Below, one piece after another: positions 1 to 9,071 of a stretch of DNA of 64,000 nt. Source of the stretch: an uncultured Pseudobdellovibrionaceae bacterium (GTDB lineage: Bacteria; Bdellovibrionota; Bdellovibrionia; Bdellovibrionales; UBA1609); the NCBI GenBank assembly GCA_964360255.1, contig CAYHVK010000017.1, positions 4,469 through 68,468 on the forward strand, given 5' to 3'. The notes under the pieces are model-generated. The model did not search any database. It was not told the origin of the DNA and was given only the letters and a program-made list of their open reading frames with translations. The position numbers were made by a program, and so were the translations under genes. How positions within the stretch are numbered: the stretch's first letter is position 1; each line of letters opens with the position of its first letter.

Positions 1-277
1 TGCCGAAGCGCTGCATACGCGGCATGGTTGAGGTCGAAATATTTACCACCACTGGGTTGATGAGTTTTGCGAGCTCAATAAATGTTTTCGGTTGAATTTC
101 GCCCGCAGAAATTTTCGGCGTGATTTGGGCTTCAGCTTCTGATGGAGAAATCGCTGACGAGAAATTAGGCATGTGCTTAGCGATAGAATCTGGCGTCGAA
201 CTAAGGCCGAAGTTAATGGCTAATGCCAATGCAGCGGCTAAACCAAAAAAATGAATTTTAGTTTTATGTTTTTTCAT
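1..277 (-). CDS. HtrA/DegP-family periplasmic serine protease, N-terminal fragment (gene continues past window start)
   Basis: Manual reverse translation from ATG at 275-277 gives MKKHKTKIHFFGLAAALALAINFG (signal peptide), then ...KTFIELAKLINPVVVNISTSTMPRMQRFG. This resembles the conserved 'F.elak...PaVVnI.t' start of the HtrA protease domain. Not in the ORF track because there is no stop in the window. Confidence 0.5.
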   Translation of the reverse strand, partial: MKKHKTKIHFFGLAAALALAINFGLSSTPDSIAKHMPNFSSAISPSEAEAQITPKISAGEIQPKTFIELAKLINPVVVNISTSTMPRMQRFG

Positions 278-296
278 TTGAACAACCTCTTTAAAG

Positions 297-545
297 TTAT
301 TTTGCTTGGACAAATTTCAATTGCAGATCGGTTATAATTGCATTCAGGTAGTTCTCTTCATGAGTTGAGAGATTCCCTTTAGTTTTTTCTTTAAGTATGA
401 TGAGCAAGTCAATATTGTAGCGAGCGATATCTAAGTTCTTTTCAAACTTATCTGTTTGCGGATTTTTTTCTAATCCTAGAGATAAGATCACGCTCGATGC
501 GATTGAGATAATAAGTGTATTAAAATCAGCTTCTAATTTTGACAT
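297..545 (-). CDS. DUF1844 domain protein
   Basis: 82 aa. Pattern FNTLIISIASSVILSLGL..NP.T.K.EKNLDIARYNIDLLIILKEKTKGNLS..E...L..II.DLQLKF matches my memory of the DUF1844 consensus. Confidence 0.6.
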   Translation of the reverse strand: MSKLEADFNTLIISIASSVILSLGLEKNPQTDKFEKNLDIARYNIDLLIILKEKTKGNLSTHEENYLNAIITDLQLKFVQAK

Positions 546-577
546 AGGGCCAATTTATAGCACTGGATTGGCATAAA

Positions 578-1420
578 TTAAATTGGATAATAGCCAATTA
601 AAGATGAAACTCTTTTCTCAATGCTAGGTTGGGCCTGGTAGTGACGCGTCCAGCCTTTAAGTGGTAATGGGTTCACCACAAACATATGAGATGTTGAAAG
701 CGGAGCGGCAAAAGGCCGCGTCGCAGAATAGCTTTGCAGCTTGTATAAAACTTCTGCCAAAACTTTTCCGTCACCCAGCCAATGAGCGGCCAGAGAATCT
801 GCAGTAATATAAAATTGTGGGCGAATGCAGAGTCGCAAAATAAAACCCACAAATGGTGAGACCAAGCGCGTGAAGATCTGCGAAAGGGCATAATTGGGAT
901 TTTTCTTCTCAACGATCAAAAAACGAAGTCCAGTGTCTAGGGCTCCGGCAATAAAAAGAAAAATAGAGCAGATAAAACTACCTACGGCAAAAATCAGAAT
1001 ATTAAGAGTTTTAATAGTTGCCATTTGGTAGGCGATAACGGCTTCAATCTCTTTTTGGTTCAGCTTTTCAAGCAATCCTTCAGTAATTAAAATTGTACCT
1101 TTAGTGAGGGAGTGGCCAACCACCAGAGATTGGGGCGATGGGTCAGGCACGATGACGATTCGTGGTGCCGGAATTTTTGCTTTCTCAGCTAAGCGCTGAT
1201 TGATTTGGCTGAGCCCCCACGGGTCGCGACCTTCAAGTACATTCGAGCTAAATAAAGCTAAAATACGACGATCTTCATAGAAATAAACGTAGCAGTTGAT
1301 ACTTAAGGCGAGCATAAGTCCGAAAAGCAAGCCCTCGCGCTCGAGAAACATATGTCCCAGCACAATAAAGCCTAATGAAATGATGGCGAGGAATGACCAA
1401 GCTTTAGTTACGTTTTTCAT
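578..1420 (-). CDS. M48/HtpX-like integral membrane protein with degenerate zinc site (predicted inactive)
   Basis: Four hydrophobic segments in HtpX-like order. Family block ...LITEGLLEKLNQKEIEAVIAYQMATIK aligns to 'T.Gll..l...ElegViaHElsHi', with HEXXH replaced by YQMAT. C-terminal QPSIEKRVSSL resembles HPp..eRi..L. Start set at ATG 1418-1420; the track start at 1459 is a GTG. Confidence 0.7.
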   Translation of the reverse strand: MKNVTKAWSFLAIISLGFIVLGHMFLEREGLLFGLMLALSINCYVYFYEDRRILALFSSNVLEGRDPWGLSQINQRLAEKAKIPAPRIVIVPDPSPQSLVVGHSLTKGTILITEGLLEKLNQKEIEAVIAYQMATIKTLNILIFAVGSFICSIFLFIAGALDTGLRFLIVEKKNPNYALSQIFTRLVSPFVGFILRLCIRPQFYITADSLAAHWLGDGKVLAEVLYKLQSYSATRPFAAPLSTSHMFVVNPLPLKGWTRHYQAQPSIEKRVSSLIGYYPI

Positions 1421-1554
1421 TCTGTATTTTACTCTCGAGCGTTTATTATGCGGCGACACCGGGTCTTTTTAAAGAGAATTTAAAAAGAAAAGAGTTTTTG
1501 CTTGCTCAAGTGCGTCACATCAACTGAAAATTAAAGGTCTTGAGGGGGATTAGA

Positions 1555-2544
1555 ATGAGTGTGGATGTTTACGCCTTAAATGAGGCTATTAAAAAAGAAA
1601 GTCAGTTTGTTGATCGCACGTTAAACGAAGTTTCAAAGGTCGTTGTTGGCCAGCGTGAAATGCTTGAAGCGATTTTGATGGGCCTTCTAACTGGTGGTCA
1701 CGTTTTGCTTGAAGGTGTTCCGGGTCTTGCGAAGACTCTGACAATTGCTTCAATCTCAAAAGCGATATCACTCGGATTTCAGCGCATTCAGTTTACGCCT
1801 GATTTGCTTCCGACAGATTTGATCGGTACGCAAATGTACGACGCTCGCACCGGAGAATTCCGTGTGAAGAAGGGTCCCATCTTTACGAATATTGTACTCG
1901 CCGATGAGATCAACCGGGCACCGGCAAAAGTTCAATCGGCACTACTTGAAGCCATGGCCGAAAAACAAGTGACCATCGGTGAGACCACTTACAAACTTGA
2001 AAGTCCGTTTCTAGTTCTTGCAACTCAGAACCCGCTTGAGCAAGAAGGTACGTATCCACTCCCTGAAGCTCAGATGGATCGCTTCATGTTTAAAGTTTTG
2101 GTGAATTATCCGAAAAAGCATGACGAAATTGAAATCTTAAATCGTATGGCCACAGATCAGCAGCCGCAGATCACATCACAAATCTCTCACGAAGATCTTA
2201 TGCGCGCTCGTCAGCGCTGCGATCAAATTTACATCGACGATAAACTTAAAAATTACATTGTTGAAATCGTTATGGCTTCTCGCGAGCCAAAAGAATACGG
2301 ACTTGCGCAGCTGCAAAGCTTGCTGGCGGTCGGTGGTTCACCACGGGCGACGATCAGTCTCAGCCGTGCGGCGAAAGCTCACGCTTTCTTACGTGGTCGT
2401 GGTTACGTGACAGCCGATGATATTAAAGCCATTGCGTATCACGTACTTCGTCACCGTTTAATTCTCACTTATGAAGCTGAAGCTGAAAGCATGACGACTG
2501 AAGATGTAATCAAAGAGATATTGAACCAAATCGACGTGCCGTAA
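1555..2544 (+). CDS. moxR: MoxR-family AAA+ ATPase
   Basis: Walker A LLEGVPGLAKT, Walker B VLADEINRAPAKVQSALLEAMAE, typical MoxR length. ATG at 1555 is preceded by GAGGGGGA; the track start at 1540 is TTG. Confidence 0.9.
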   Translation: MSVDVYALNEAIKKESQFVDRTLNEVSKVVVGQREMLEAILMGLLTGGHVLLEGVPGLAKTLTIASISKAISLGFQRIQFTPDLLPTDLIGTQMYDARTGEFRVKKGPIFTNIVLADEINRAPAKVQSALLEAMAEKQVTIGETTYKLESPFLVLATQNPLEQEGTYPLPEAQMDRFMFKVLVNYPKKHDEIEILNRMATDQQPQITSQISHEDLMRARQRCDQIYIDDKLKNYIVEIVMASREPKEYGLAQLQSLLAVGGSPRATISLSRAAKAHAFLRGRGYVTADDIKAIAYHVLRHRLILTYEAEAESMTTEDVIKEILNQIDVP

Positions 2545-2545
2545 G

Positions 2546-3430
2546 ATGATTAAAGATACTCTACCACCCGAAATTCTGAAGAAGGTGAAACTTCTTGAGA
2601 TCTCAACGCGAAAGCTGGTGAAGAATCTCTTCGCCGGTGAGTATCGTACGGCTATTCGTGGTCAGGGTATGACTTTTGCCGAATTTCGTGAGTATGAACC
2701 GGGTGATGATGTTCGTGCTATTTCTTGGCCGCTCACAGCTCGCACGGGCAAACCTTACATTAAGAAATTTGAAGAAGAGCGCGAGCAAACTTTATTACTT
2801 ATCGTTGATGTCAGTGGCTCGGGTAATTTCGGCTCGAAAGAGTATTTAAAGGGCGAAGTGATTGCTCACTTAGCTGCGCTACTTAGTTTCTCGGCTTCAA
2901 AAAGTAATGACCCGATAGGTTTATTATTATTCTCAGATAAAATTGAACACTTCGTGCCGCCGAAAAAGGGCCGTGGTCAAGTCTATCGTCTTTTGCGCGA
3001 TCTTTATTTTTTTAAGCCGACCTCATCGCGTACAAATATTCGCCAGGCACTTGAATATGTTCAAGGCGTGCTCAAGCGTAAAGCGACGATTTTTATTTTC
3101 TCAGATTTTATCGATACGCAGTTCGATATCAGTCTTCGCCAGCTGGGTCGTAAGCACGAGACGACGGCGGTGGTAATAGAAGATCCGGCTGAGCATACGC
3201 TCCCTGATATTGGCTTGGTGGATATGCAAGACCCTGAGACCGGTGAAATTATGACGGTTGATACTTCATCGCCCATCGTTAAGAAAAGTTTTGCGGCTCA
3301 TGCCAAGCAGCTGAAAGCCGATCGCGATAACTTACTTCGTCGCTCAAATGTCGGGCGTATTGATGTGCAGACAGATAAAGATATTGTCGACCCACTTATT
3401 GAATTCTTCAGGCGGAGAAATCGTCGATGA
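2546..3430 (+). CDS. DUF58 (vWA-like) protein, MoxR partner
   Basis: FREYEPGDDVRAISWPLTARTGKPYIKKFEEERE matches the DUF58 signature. Starts 2 nt after the moxR stop. Confidence 0.85.
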   Translation: MIKDTLPPEILKKVKLLEISTRKLVKNLFAGEYRTAIRGQGMTFAEFREYEPGDDVRAISWPLTARTGKPYIKKFEEEREQTLLLIVDVSGSGNFGSKEYLKGEVIAHLAALLSFSASKSNDPIGLLLFSDKIEHFVPPKKGRGQVYRLLRDLYFFKPTSSRTNIRQALEYVQGVLKRKATIFIFSDFIDTQFDISLRQLGRKHETTAVVIEDPAEHTLPDIGLVDMQDPETGEIMTVDTSSPIVKKSFAAHAKQLKADRDNLLRRSNVGRIDVQTDKDIVDPLIEFFRRRNRR

Positions 3431-4335
3431 GTGATGTGCAGTTTGATTGTAAAGTTCAGTTTCCTGAACCGCCGCCGGTGGGTGAAGCGGGCGGACCGAA
3501 GGCGATCAATGTCGGGGATATTTGGACGCTCAATTGCGCTGGTAATTTGCCTCAGCCTTTTGCGCCTTCGGCGCAAATCGTTTTTGCTGATGAAAAAGAA
3601 AAACTCAATTTAAAAATTCTCAAAGTTCGCAGAAGCGACACCCTCAGCCACGAGTTTGATGTGGTTTCTTATAAGGCCGGTGAATTCACCGATCAGAAAT
3701 TTATGATCACCGATGGGCAGAATGTAGGCCGCGTGACAGGCTTAAGTTGGAAGATCGAATCCGTGCTTCAGCAAGATTCAAAACCATTTCCTGCAATCGC
3801 CAGCGAAAAAATGAATTATCCGCTTTGGTTGTGGCTTTCAATCGCGGCGGTATTTTTAGTTATTGGATTAGTTATTTGGCGCGTGGTGAAGCGACGTAAG
3901 CAGCGCCAAGAATTAATTGAAACGGTGCTGGGTGTAGGTCATGAAACAAAATCATTTAGAGAGATTGTTAAGATTCAAAACAATCAGGCTTATGCTCAGC
4001 TCTGCCGAGATTTACGGAATGTTCAGAAAAGTATGAATGCCTTTAAGCCAAAGCCAGCCAATGAAATCTGGCTAGATCTTGATAAAGCTTTTCGGTATTA
4101 TCTGGTGCGTGAACTTCTGACTCCGGCCTTTACTTGGTCGTCAAAACAAATTTTGGCTGATATTAAAAAGAACCACCGTAAGGTCTACAATGCGGCGCAA
4201 TTGCTTTTGCGCCGCACGTTCTCAGAATTCGATTTAGGTAGCGGCAAGGCTCTTACCATTCAAGATTGCGAACAGGTTTACGTTCTTGTGCGTGACGCCT
4301 GCGATAAAATATATGAAGTGAGATCTAAAAAATGA
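3427..4335 (+). CDS. Single-pass membrane protein of the Bat operon (occupies the DUF4381 slot)
   Basis: ATGA start/stop overlap with DUF58. One strong TM segment (YPLWLWLSIAAVFLVIGLVIW) followed by RVVKRRKQRQ. No recognisable catalytic motif. Confidence 0.6.
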   Translation: MSDVQFDCKVQFPEPPPVGEAGGPKAINVGDIWTLNCAGNLPQPFAPSAQIVFADEKEKLNLKILKVRRSDTLSHEFDVVSYKAGEFTDQKFMITDGQNVGRVTGLSWKIESVLQQDSKPFPAIASEKMNYPLWLWLSIAAVFLVIGLVIWRVVKRRKQRQELIETVLGVGHETKSFREIVKIQNNQAYAQLCRDLRNVQKSMNAFKPKPANEIWLDLDKAFRYYLVRELLTPAFTWSSKQILADIKKNHRKVYNAAQLLLRRTFSEFDLGSGKALTIQDCEQVYVLVRDACDKIYEVRSKK

Positions 4336-5357
4336 TGGAAGGCATATTCACTACAGGCTTTGCATCTGCAGCGGCATTTATGCTGATTCCGCTGCTAATC
4401 GCTTTACTGGCGTATAAAGTTTGGTCGCATCGTCGCCAAACACCGAGCCTTCAGTATTCGTCACTCAGTTTAGTTAAAGGGCTGCAAAGTTCTTATCGCA
4501 GTGTTTTGGTTTATTTACCTCTTGGTTTAAAATTTGCCGCTCTTCTTTTCGTTGTTGTCGCTTTAGCACGCCCGCAGAAAGCGGATGAAAAAGTAAAACG
4601 TAATGTTGAGGGTATCGATATTATGATCGTTCTTGATATTTCTGACAGTATGCTCATTGAAGATATGAAGCCTGAGAACCGCATGGAGGCTTCAAAACTT
4701 GTGATTTCTAATTTTATTAAAGGCCGCACTTCAGATCGTATTGGTCTTGTGGTGTTTGCCGGTGAAGCTTACACTCGTGTTCCTTTGACTTTAGACTATC
4801 CGCTGCTTCTTGATAATGTAAAAAAAGTGAAGCCAAGCCGTAATATTAAAATGGGTACAGCTATCGGTGTGGCCTTAGCGACTGGGGTTGGACGTCTAAA
4901 GGAATCAAAAGCGAAAAGTCGCGTGATGATTTTCTTAACCGACGGAGAGAACAATAGCGGCACCGTCGACCCTGAAACCGCTTTACAGATGGCGGTTGAT
5001 GAAAAACTGAAGGTTTACTCTATCGGTATGGGTAAAGACGGCGAAGCCCAGCTGCCGGTTTATATTCAAGATGCTTTTGGCAGTTCAATTAAGCAATATC
5101 GCCCCATTCACTCGAAAGTGAATGAACCCTTGCTTAAAAGCTTCGGCGACAAAACGGGCGGTCGCTTCTGGCGGGCCAATACTGGGCGTGAGCTTGATGA
5201 AGTCTTTAAAACAATTGATAGCCTTGAGCGCACTAAAATTGATGTTGAAAAATACAGCCGCTACACTGAGCTCTTTCAGAACCCTCTACGTATTGCGGCC
5301 TTTCTCTTTATCTTAAGCCTGCTTTTAGGGCGTACTGTTTTGCGGAGGAATCCATGA
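4332..5357 (+). CDS. batA: vWA-domain membrane protein BatA
   Basis: N-terminal TMs, then vWA MIDAS block IMIVLDISDSM...VFAGEAY...IFLTDGENN, then a C-terminal TM. ATGA overlap with both neighbours. Confidence 0.85.
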   Translation: MMEGIFTTGFASAAAFMLIPLLIALLAYKVWSHRRQTPSLQYSSLSLVKGLQSSYRSVLVYLPLGLKFAALLFVVVALARPQKADEKVKRNVEGIDIMIVLDISDSMLIEDMKPENRMEASKLVISNFIKGRTSDRIGLVVFAGEAYTRVPLTLDYPLLLDNVKKVKPSRNIKMGTAIGVALATGVGRLKESKAKSRVMIFLTDGENNSGTVDPETALQMAVDEKLKVYSIGMGKDGEAQLPVYIQDAFGSSIKQYRPIHSKVNEPLLKSFGDKTGGRFWRANTGRELDEVFKTIDSLERTKIDVEKYSRYTELFQNPLRIAAFLFILSLLLGRTVLRRNP

Positions 5358-6421
5358 GCAGTTTTCAATTTCAAAATCCGACGGCTCTTTATTTTCTATG
5401 GCTCGTGCCAGTTATTTTTATCTTTGCTCAATACTTTCAAAAGCAAGCGCAAAAGAAAATTCAAAAGTCTTTAGGCTCAAAGCTTTTGCCGTTCTTAACA
5501 TCATCAGTTTCGATCTCAAAAAGACGAATTAAGCTTTATCTTGAATGCCTTGTACTTTTCTTTTTGATTTTGGCTTTGGCGCGACCGCAATTGCAAGATG
5601 GCACACAGAAAGTTAAAAACGAAGGTATTGAGATCGTTCTGCTTGTGGACGTCTCAAATAGTATGCTCGCTGAAGATGTGAAACCTTCGAGAATGGATTT
5701 GGCGAAATCTGAACTCAAGCGTTTAATTGATATTTCAGGTGGAGACCGCTTTGGTCTTGTGGCTTTTGCCGGCTCTGCTGTCTTACTATCGCCAATGAGC
5801 ACAGATCAAAACTCAATTAAAATGTTTATCGATTCTCTCTCGCCAGACGCGGTGAGCACGCAAGGTACGGATTTTAAAAGAGGCCTTGATGAATCAAAGG
5901 CCGCTTTCGAGCGGGGTGGGGCCGATAAAGATGATTCAGCGGTCACCCGGGCCATTTTAATTGTTTCGGATGGTGAAGATAATGAACCCGGCGCCATTGA
6001 AGCGGCGAAAAAACTAGTCGATGACGATATCTATATTTTCACTCTCGCCATCGGCACTGAAAAGGGCGGCACGATCCCGATCAAAGATGATCGTGGTGAA
6101 ATTCGTGGCTATCGTCGCGATCAATCAGGCCAAGTGGTACTAACACAAACTAAAGGCACCGTACTGAAGCAATTAGCTGAGGCCGGCAAAGGTTCGTTTC
6201 ATCATGCGACCTTTCAAGGTGATGCGATTAAGCAGGTGCGCAGTGATATCGAGCGTCTGCAAAAAAGCCAGTTCGCTGACGGTGAAATTAAAACCTTCCA
6301 AGAGCTTTACCAGTATTTTCTGTTCTTGGCTTTCTTAGTAGCACTTTTTGAGATTTCAATGGGTGAGAGAGCTTCAGCGGGACGTATCTGGAGGGGCCGC
6401 TTCGAGGTGGTGGGAAGATGA
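5354..6421 (+). CDS. batB: vWA-domain membrane protein BatB
   Basis: Paralogue of batA: VLLVDVSNSM...AFAGSAV...ILIVSDGEDN, plus a C-terminal TM. Confidence 0.85.
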   Translation: MSSFQFQNPTALYFLWLVPVIFIFAQYFQKQAQKKIQKSLGSKLLPFLTSSVSISKRRIKLYLECLVLFFLILALARPQLQDGTQKVKNEGIEIVLLVDVSNSMLAEDVKPSRMDLAKSELKRLIDISGGDRFGLVAFAGSAVLLSPMSTDQNSIKMFIDSLSPDAVSTQGTDFKRGLDESKAAFERGGADKDDSAVTRAILIVSDGEDNEPGAIEAAKKLVDDDIYIFTLAIGTEKGGTIPIKDDRGEIRGYRRDQSGQVVLTQTKGTVLKQLAEAGKGSFHHATFQGDAIKQVRSDIERLQKSQFADGEIKTFQELYQYFLFLAFLVALFEISMGERASAGRIWRGRFEVVGR

Positions 6422-7116
6422 CGTCATTTATTTTTAAATCTCTATTCAAAATTTCAATGCTTTATATTGGACTGACTTCCGTCTCATTAGCTGAAGCGGC
6501 AGATCCATCTTTAGGCACCATTCGCGATAATAATAAAGCCGTTAGCGAAATGGCGGCTGAAAAAGCTTTTGCTGCCGAGAAATTATTTATTGGGGCTTTA
6601 GCTCATGATCCGTTTCGCCAAGAGTTGCGGTTTAATTTGGGGAATGCTTATTTCTTGCAGAAAAAATACGACCGCGCCTTAAAAGAGTTCGAGTCCGTCG
6701 TCCGTCAAACACCAGTTGGGCAATCGGCAGAAAACGACACCATTCGTTTTAAAGCTCTTTTTAACGGAGCGTTAGCGGCTCAAGAATTAAAAAATATCGA
6801 TAAAGCTCTTGAACTCTATCAAGCGGCTCTTGAAATTCATCCGGACTCCATTGAAGTTAAAACCAATATTGAAATGCTCAACCAAAGTGGCGGCGGCGGT
6901 GGCGGTCAAGGCGATCAACAAAAGCCGCAAGATAAAGATGGAAAAGATCCTGGCGCGGGCGAGCAAGAGCAAAAAGAACAGCCGAAAGAAAAAGGCGTTG
7001 ACCAGCGTGATGTGAAAGACATTCTTGAAGAGCTTGAGCGCCAAGAGCAGAAAATTCGAGCTCTAGAATATGGCAATCAAAAAGGGCGTGAAAAAGGCCC
7101 TACAAAAGACTGGTAA
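6418..7116 (+). CDS. batC: TPR-repeat protein BatC with Gly/Gln/Lys/Glu-rich tail
   Basis: Signal or TM start, TPR-like repeats (LGNAYFLQKKYDRALKEFESVV; ALELYQAALEIHPD), low-complexity C-terminus. ATGA overlap with batB. Confidence 0.75.
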   Translation: MTSFIFKSLFKISMLYIGLTSVSLAEAADPSLGTIRDNNKAVSEMAAEKAFAAEKLFIGALAHDPFRQELRFNLGNAYFLQKKYDRALKEFESVVRQTPVGQSAENDTIRFKALFNGALAAQELKNIDKALELYQAALEIHPDSIEVKTNIEMLNQSGGGGGGQGDQQKPQDKDGKDPGAGEQEQKEQPKEKGVDQRDVKDILEELERQEQKIRALEYGNQKGREKGPTKDW

Positions 7117-7136
7117 AAGATAAGAAAGGACGATCA

Positions 7137-9071
7137 ATGAGAATTCTAAGATTATTTTCAGTTTTAAGTTTTCTTTTTATATTTTCAAATGCCTTCGGGC
7201 AAACGATCACCGCTGAAGTTGAACCTAAAATTGTGCGCCCGAATGATCATTTTATTCTCTCGGTTACGGTTTCAAGTGAAGCCAGCGTAAATGTCGAGCA
7301 GCCTGAACTGCCGAACCTTTCTGTTTTTCGTTTACTGAATGTTTCAACTTCATCAGAGACGCGTAGTATTTTTGATGGCGGTCGGTTTCAAGTCTCAAGA
7401 GCACAAACTTTTAATTACGAACTTGAAGCCTTGCAGCCGGGTACTTTTAGAATTGAACCGATTGTAGTTGTGGTAAATGGCCAGGCGAAGGCGGCGCCCA
7501 GTGTTTCAATCACTGTTGACCCAGCTGCGGCCGGTCGTCAGCAGCGTCCTCAGGGTGGCGGCATTCCAGGCGGAAGTGGCGGAAACTTTCCTGAAGAAGA
7601 AGAGCAAGAAGAGTCTTTTCAGCAGATGGACGATATGTTTCAGCAACTTCTTCAGCGTCGTTTAGAGCAACTTCAACGTGGGGGGCGAAATGCTCCACGA
7701 GGCGGCGGTCAGCCCCCAGCGGGTGGAGTGGTTTCACCTGCAGATTTGAAAGATGCTTTTTATGTTGAGGTTGAGGTCGATAAAACAAAAGTCTTTGTAG
7801 GCGAGCAGCTCACAGTCAGCTGGTATCTTGTCACGCGCGCCCAAGTTTCTGATATCGATACGTTAAAATATCCAGCTGTCGCTGGGTTTTGGCGTGAAGA
7901 TCTTGAACTAGCCACACGATTGAATTTCAGACCTGAAGTGATTAATGGTGTAAACTACAATCGAGCTTTACTGGCTTCATTTGCACTTTTTCCGCTTAAA
8001 GCGGGCGAATCTAAGATCGATGAGTACACAGCTCGCTGCACATTGCTGGCCATGGGCGCATTCGGCGTGACGGGTCAGCAGACGATTACCAAGTCCAGTC
8101 AGATTGTGCCTATTACGGTGCTTCCACTTCCAGCTGAGAATAAACCTGAGAGTTTTTCTGGGGCCGTCGGTGAATTTAAAGTCGCAGCAAGAGTTGAGAA
8201 AAACCAAGTTGAAACCGGAGTGCCGTTCACTTTAAAAATTCGTTTCGAAGGCCGTGGCAACGCAAAACCGATCGATTTGAATAAAACATCTTGGCCAGAA
8301 GGTCTCGAGTTTTATGATAAAAAAAGTAACACGAAATACTTCACCGATGGCCGTAGTTACAAAGAGTTTGAGGTTATTTTAGTCCCTCGCAAAGAGGGTG
8401 AAATTAAATTGCCAGCCATTGAATTTGCTTTTTTTGATCCGGTGAAAAAAGCTTACTACAAAGAGATGACCGCCGAAATTCCTTTGACAGTTATCAAAGG
8501 TGAAAATCAAGGACCTCTTGAGTCCCAACCTTTAGCCAATATGCAAGCTTCTGCCGAGCCAGCAAAGCCGGTTTTACCAGGCTTATCACTTCAACTTCGT
8601 GAATCTTCGTTATGGCCCGATGAATATAAAATTTATGCGTGGGGCCTTGTGTTTTTCGCTGGCGTTTTCTATTTAATTTGGCGGGGTGTGAAAGAGTTTC
8701 GCTCATCAGAAAAAAGAGAGAGTCTTAAAAAGATTGTTAGAAGTAAATTCTCTGAGATCGATCAATTGGCCAGCAAAGGCGAAATTCGCAAAGCCGCTGT
8801 AGAGATGACCAATTTGGTTTATTTAATCCTCGGTGAGCTATCAGGAGCCGGGGGAGCCAGTCGCGAACTCAGTGCCCTTTTAGAGAAGTCTCCACCGAGT
8901 TTTAGACGTGATGTGGGTGCTGCACTTGAGACGAGCATGAGAAATCTTGAAGTTTTGGCTTTTGCGCCCACCGAACTTATGGGCAAAGATCCAAAAAAAG
9001 TTTTAAACGAAGCTCAGAGTTTGTTGAAAAAATCTCTTGAGTATAACTTCGATGAAATACAGGAAGCATGA
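7137..9071 (+). CDS. batD: BatD (oxygen-tolerance family) protein
   Basis: Signal peptide, repeated Ig-like 'v.v.vd...v.vGe.f.l' modules, a late TM (IYAWGLVFFAGVFYLIW). Position after batC. Confidence 0.8.
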   Translation: MRILRLFSVLSFLFIFSNAFGQTITAEVEPKIVRPNDHFILSVTVSSEASVNVEQPELPNLSVFRLLNVSTSSETRSIFDGGRFQVSRAQTFNYELEALQPGTFRIEPIVVVVNGQAKAAPSVSITVDPAAAGRQQRPQGGGIPGGSGGNFPEEEEQEESFQQMDDMFQQLLQRRLEQLQRGGRNAPRGGGQPPAGGVVSPADLKDAFYVEVEVDKTKVFVGEQLTVSWYLVTRAQVSDIDTLKYPAVAGFWREDLELATRLNFRPEVINGVNYNRALLASFALFPLKAGESKIDEYTARCTLLAMGAFGVTGQQTITKSSQIVPITVLPLPAENKPESFSGAVGEFKVAARVEKNQVETGVPFTLKIRFEGRGNAKPIDLNKTSWPEGLEFYDKKSNTKYFTDGRSYKEFEVILVPRKEGEIKLPAIEFAFFDPVKKAYYKEMTAEIPLTVIKGENQGPLESQPLANMQASAEPAKPVLPGLSLQLRESSLWPDEYKIYAWGLVFFAGVFYLIWRGVKEFRSSEKRESLKKIVRSKFSEIDQLASKGEIRKAAVEMTNLVYLILGELSGAGGASRELSALLEKSPPSFRRDVGAALETSMRNLEVLAFAPTELMGKDPKKVLNEAQSLLKKSLEYNFDEIQEA

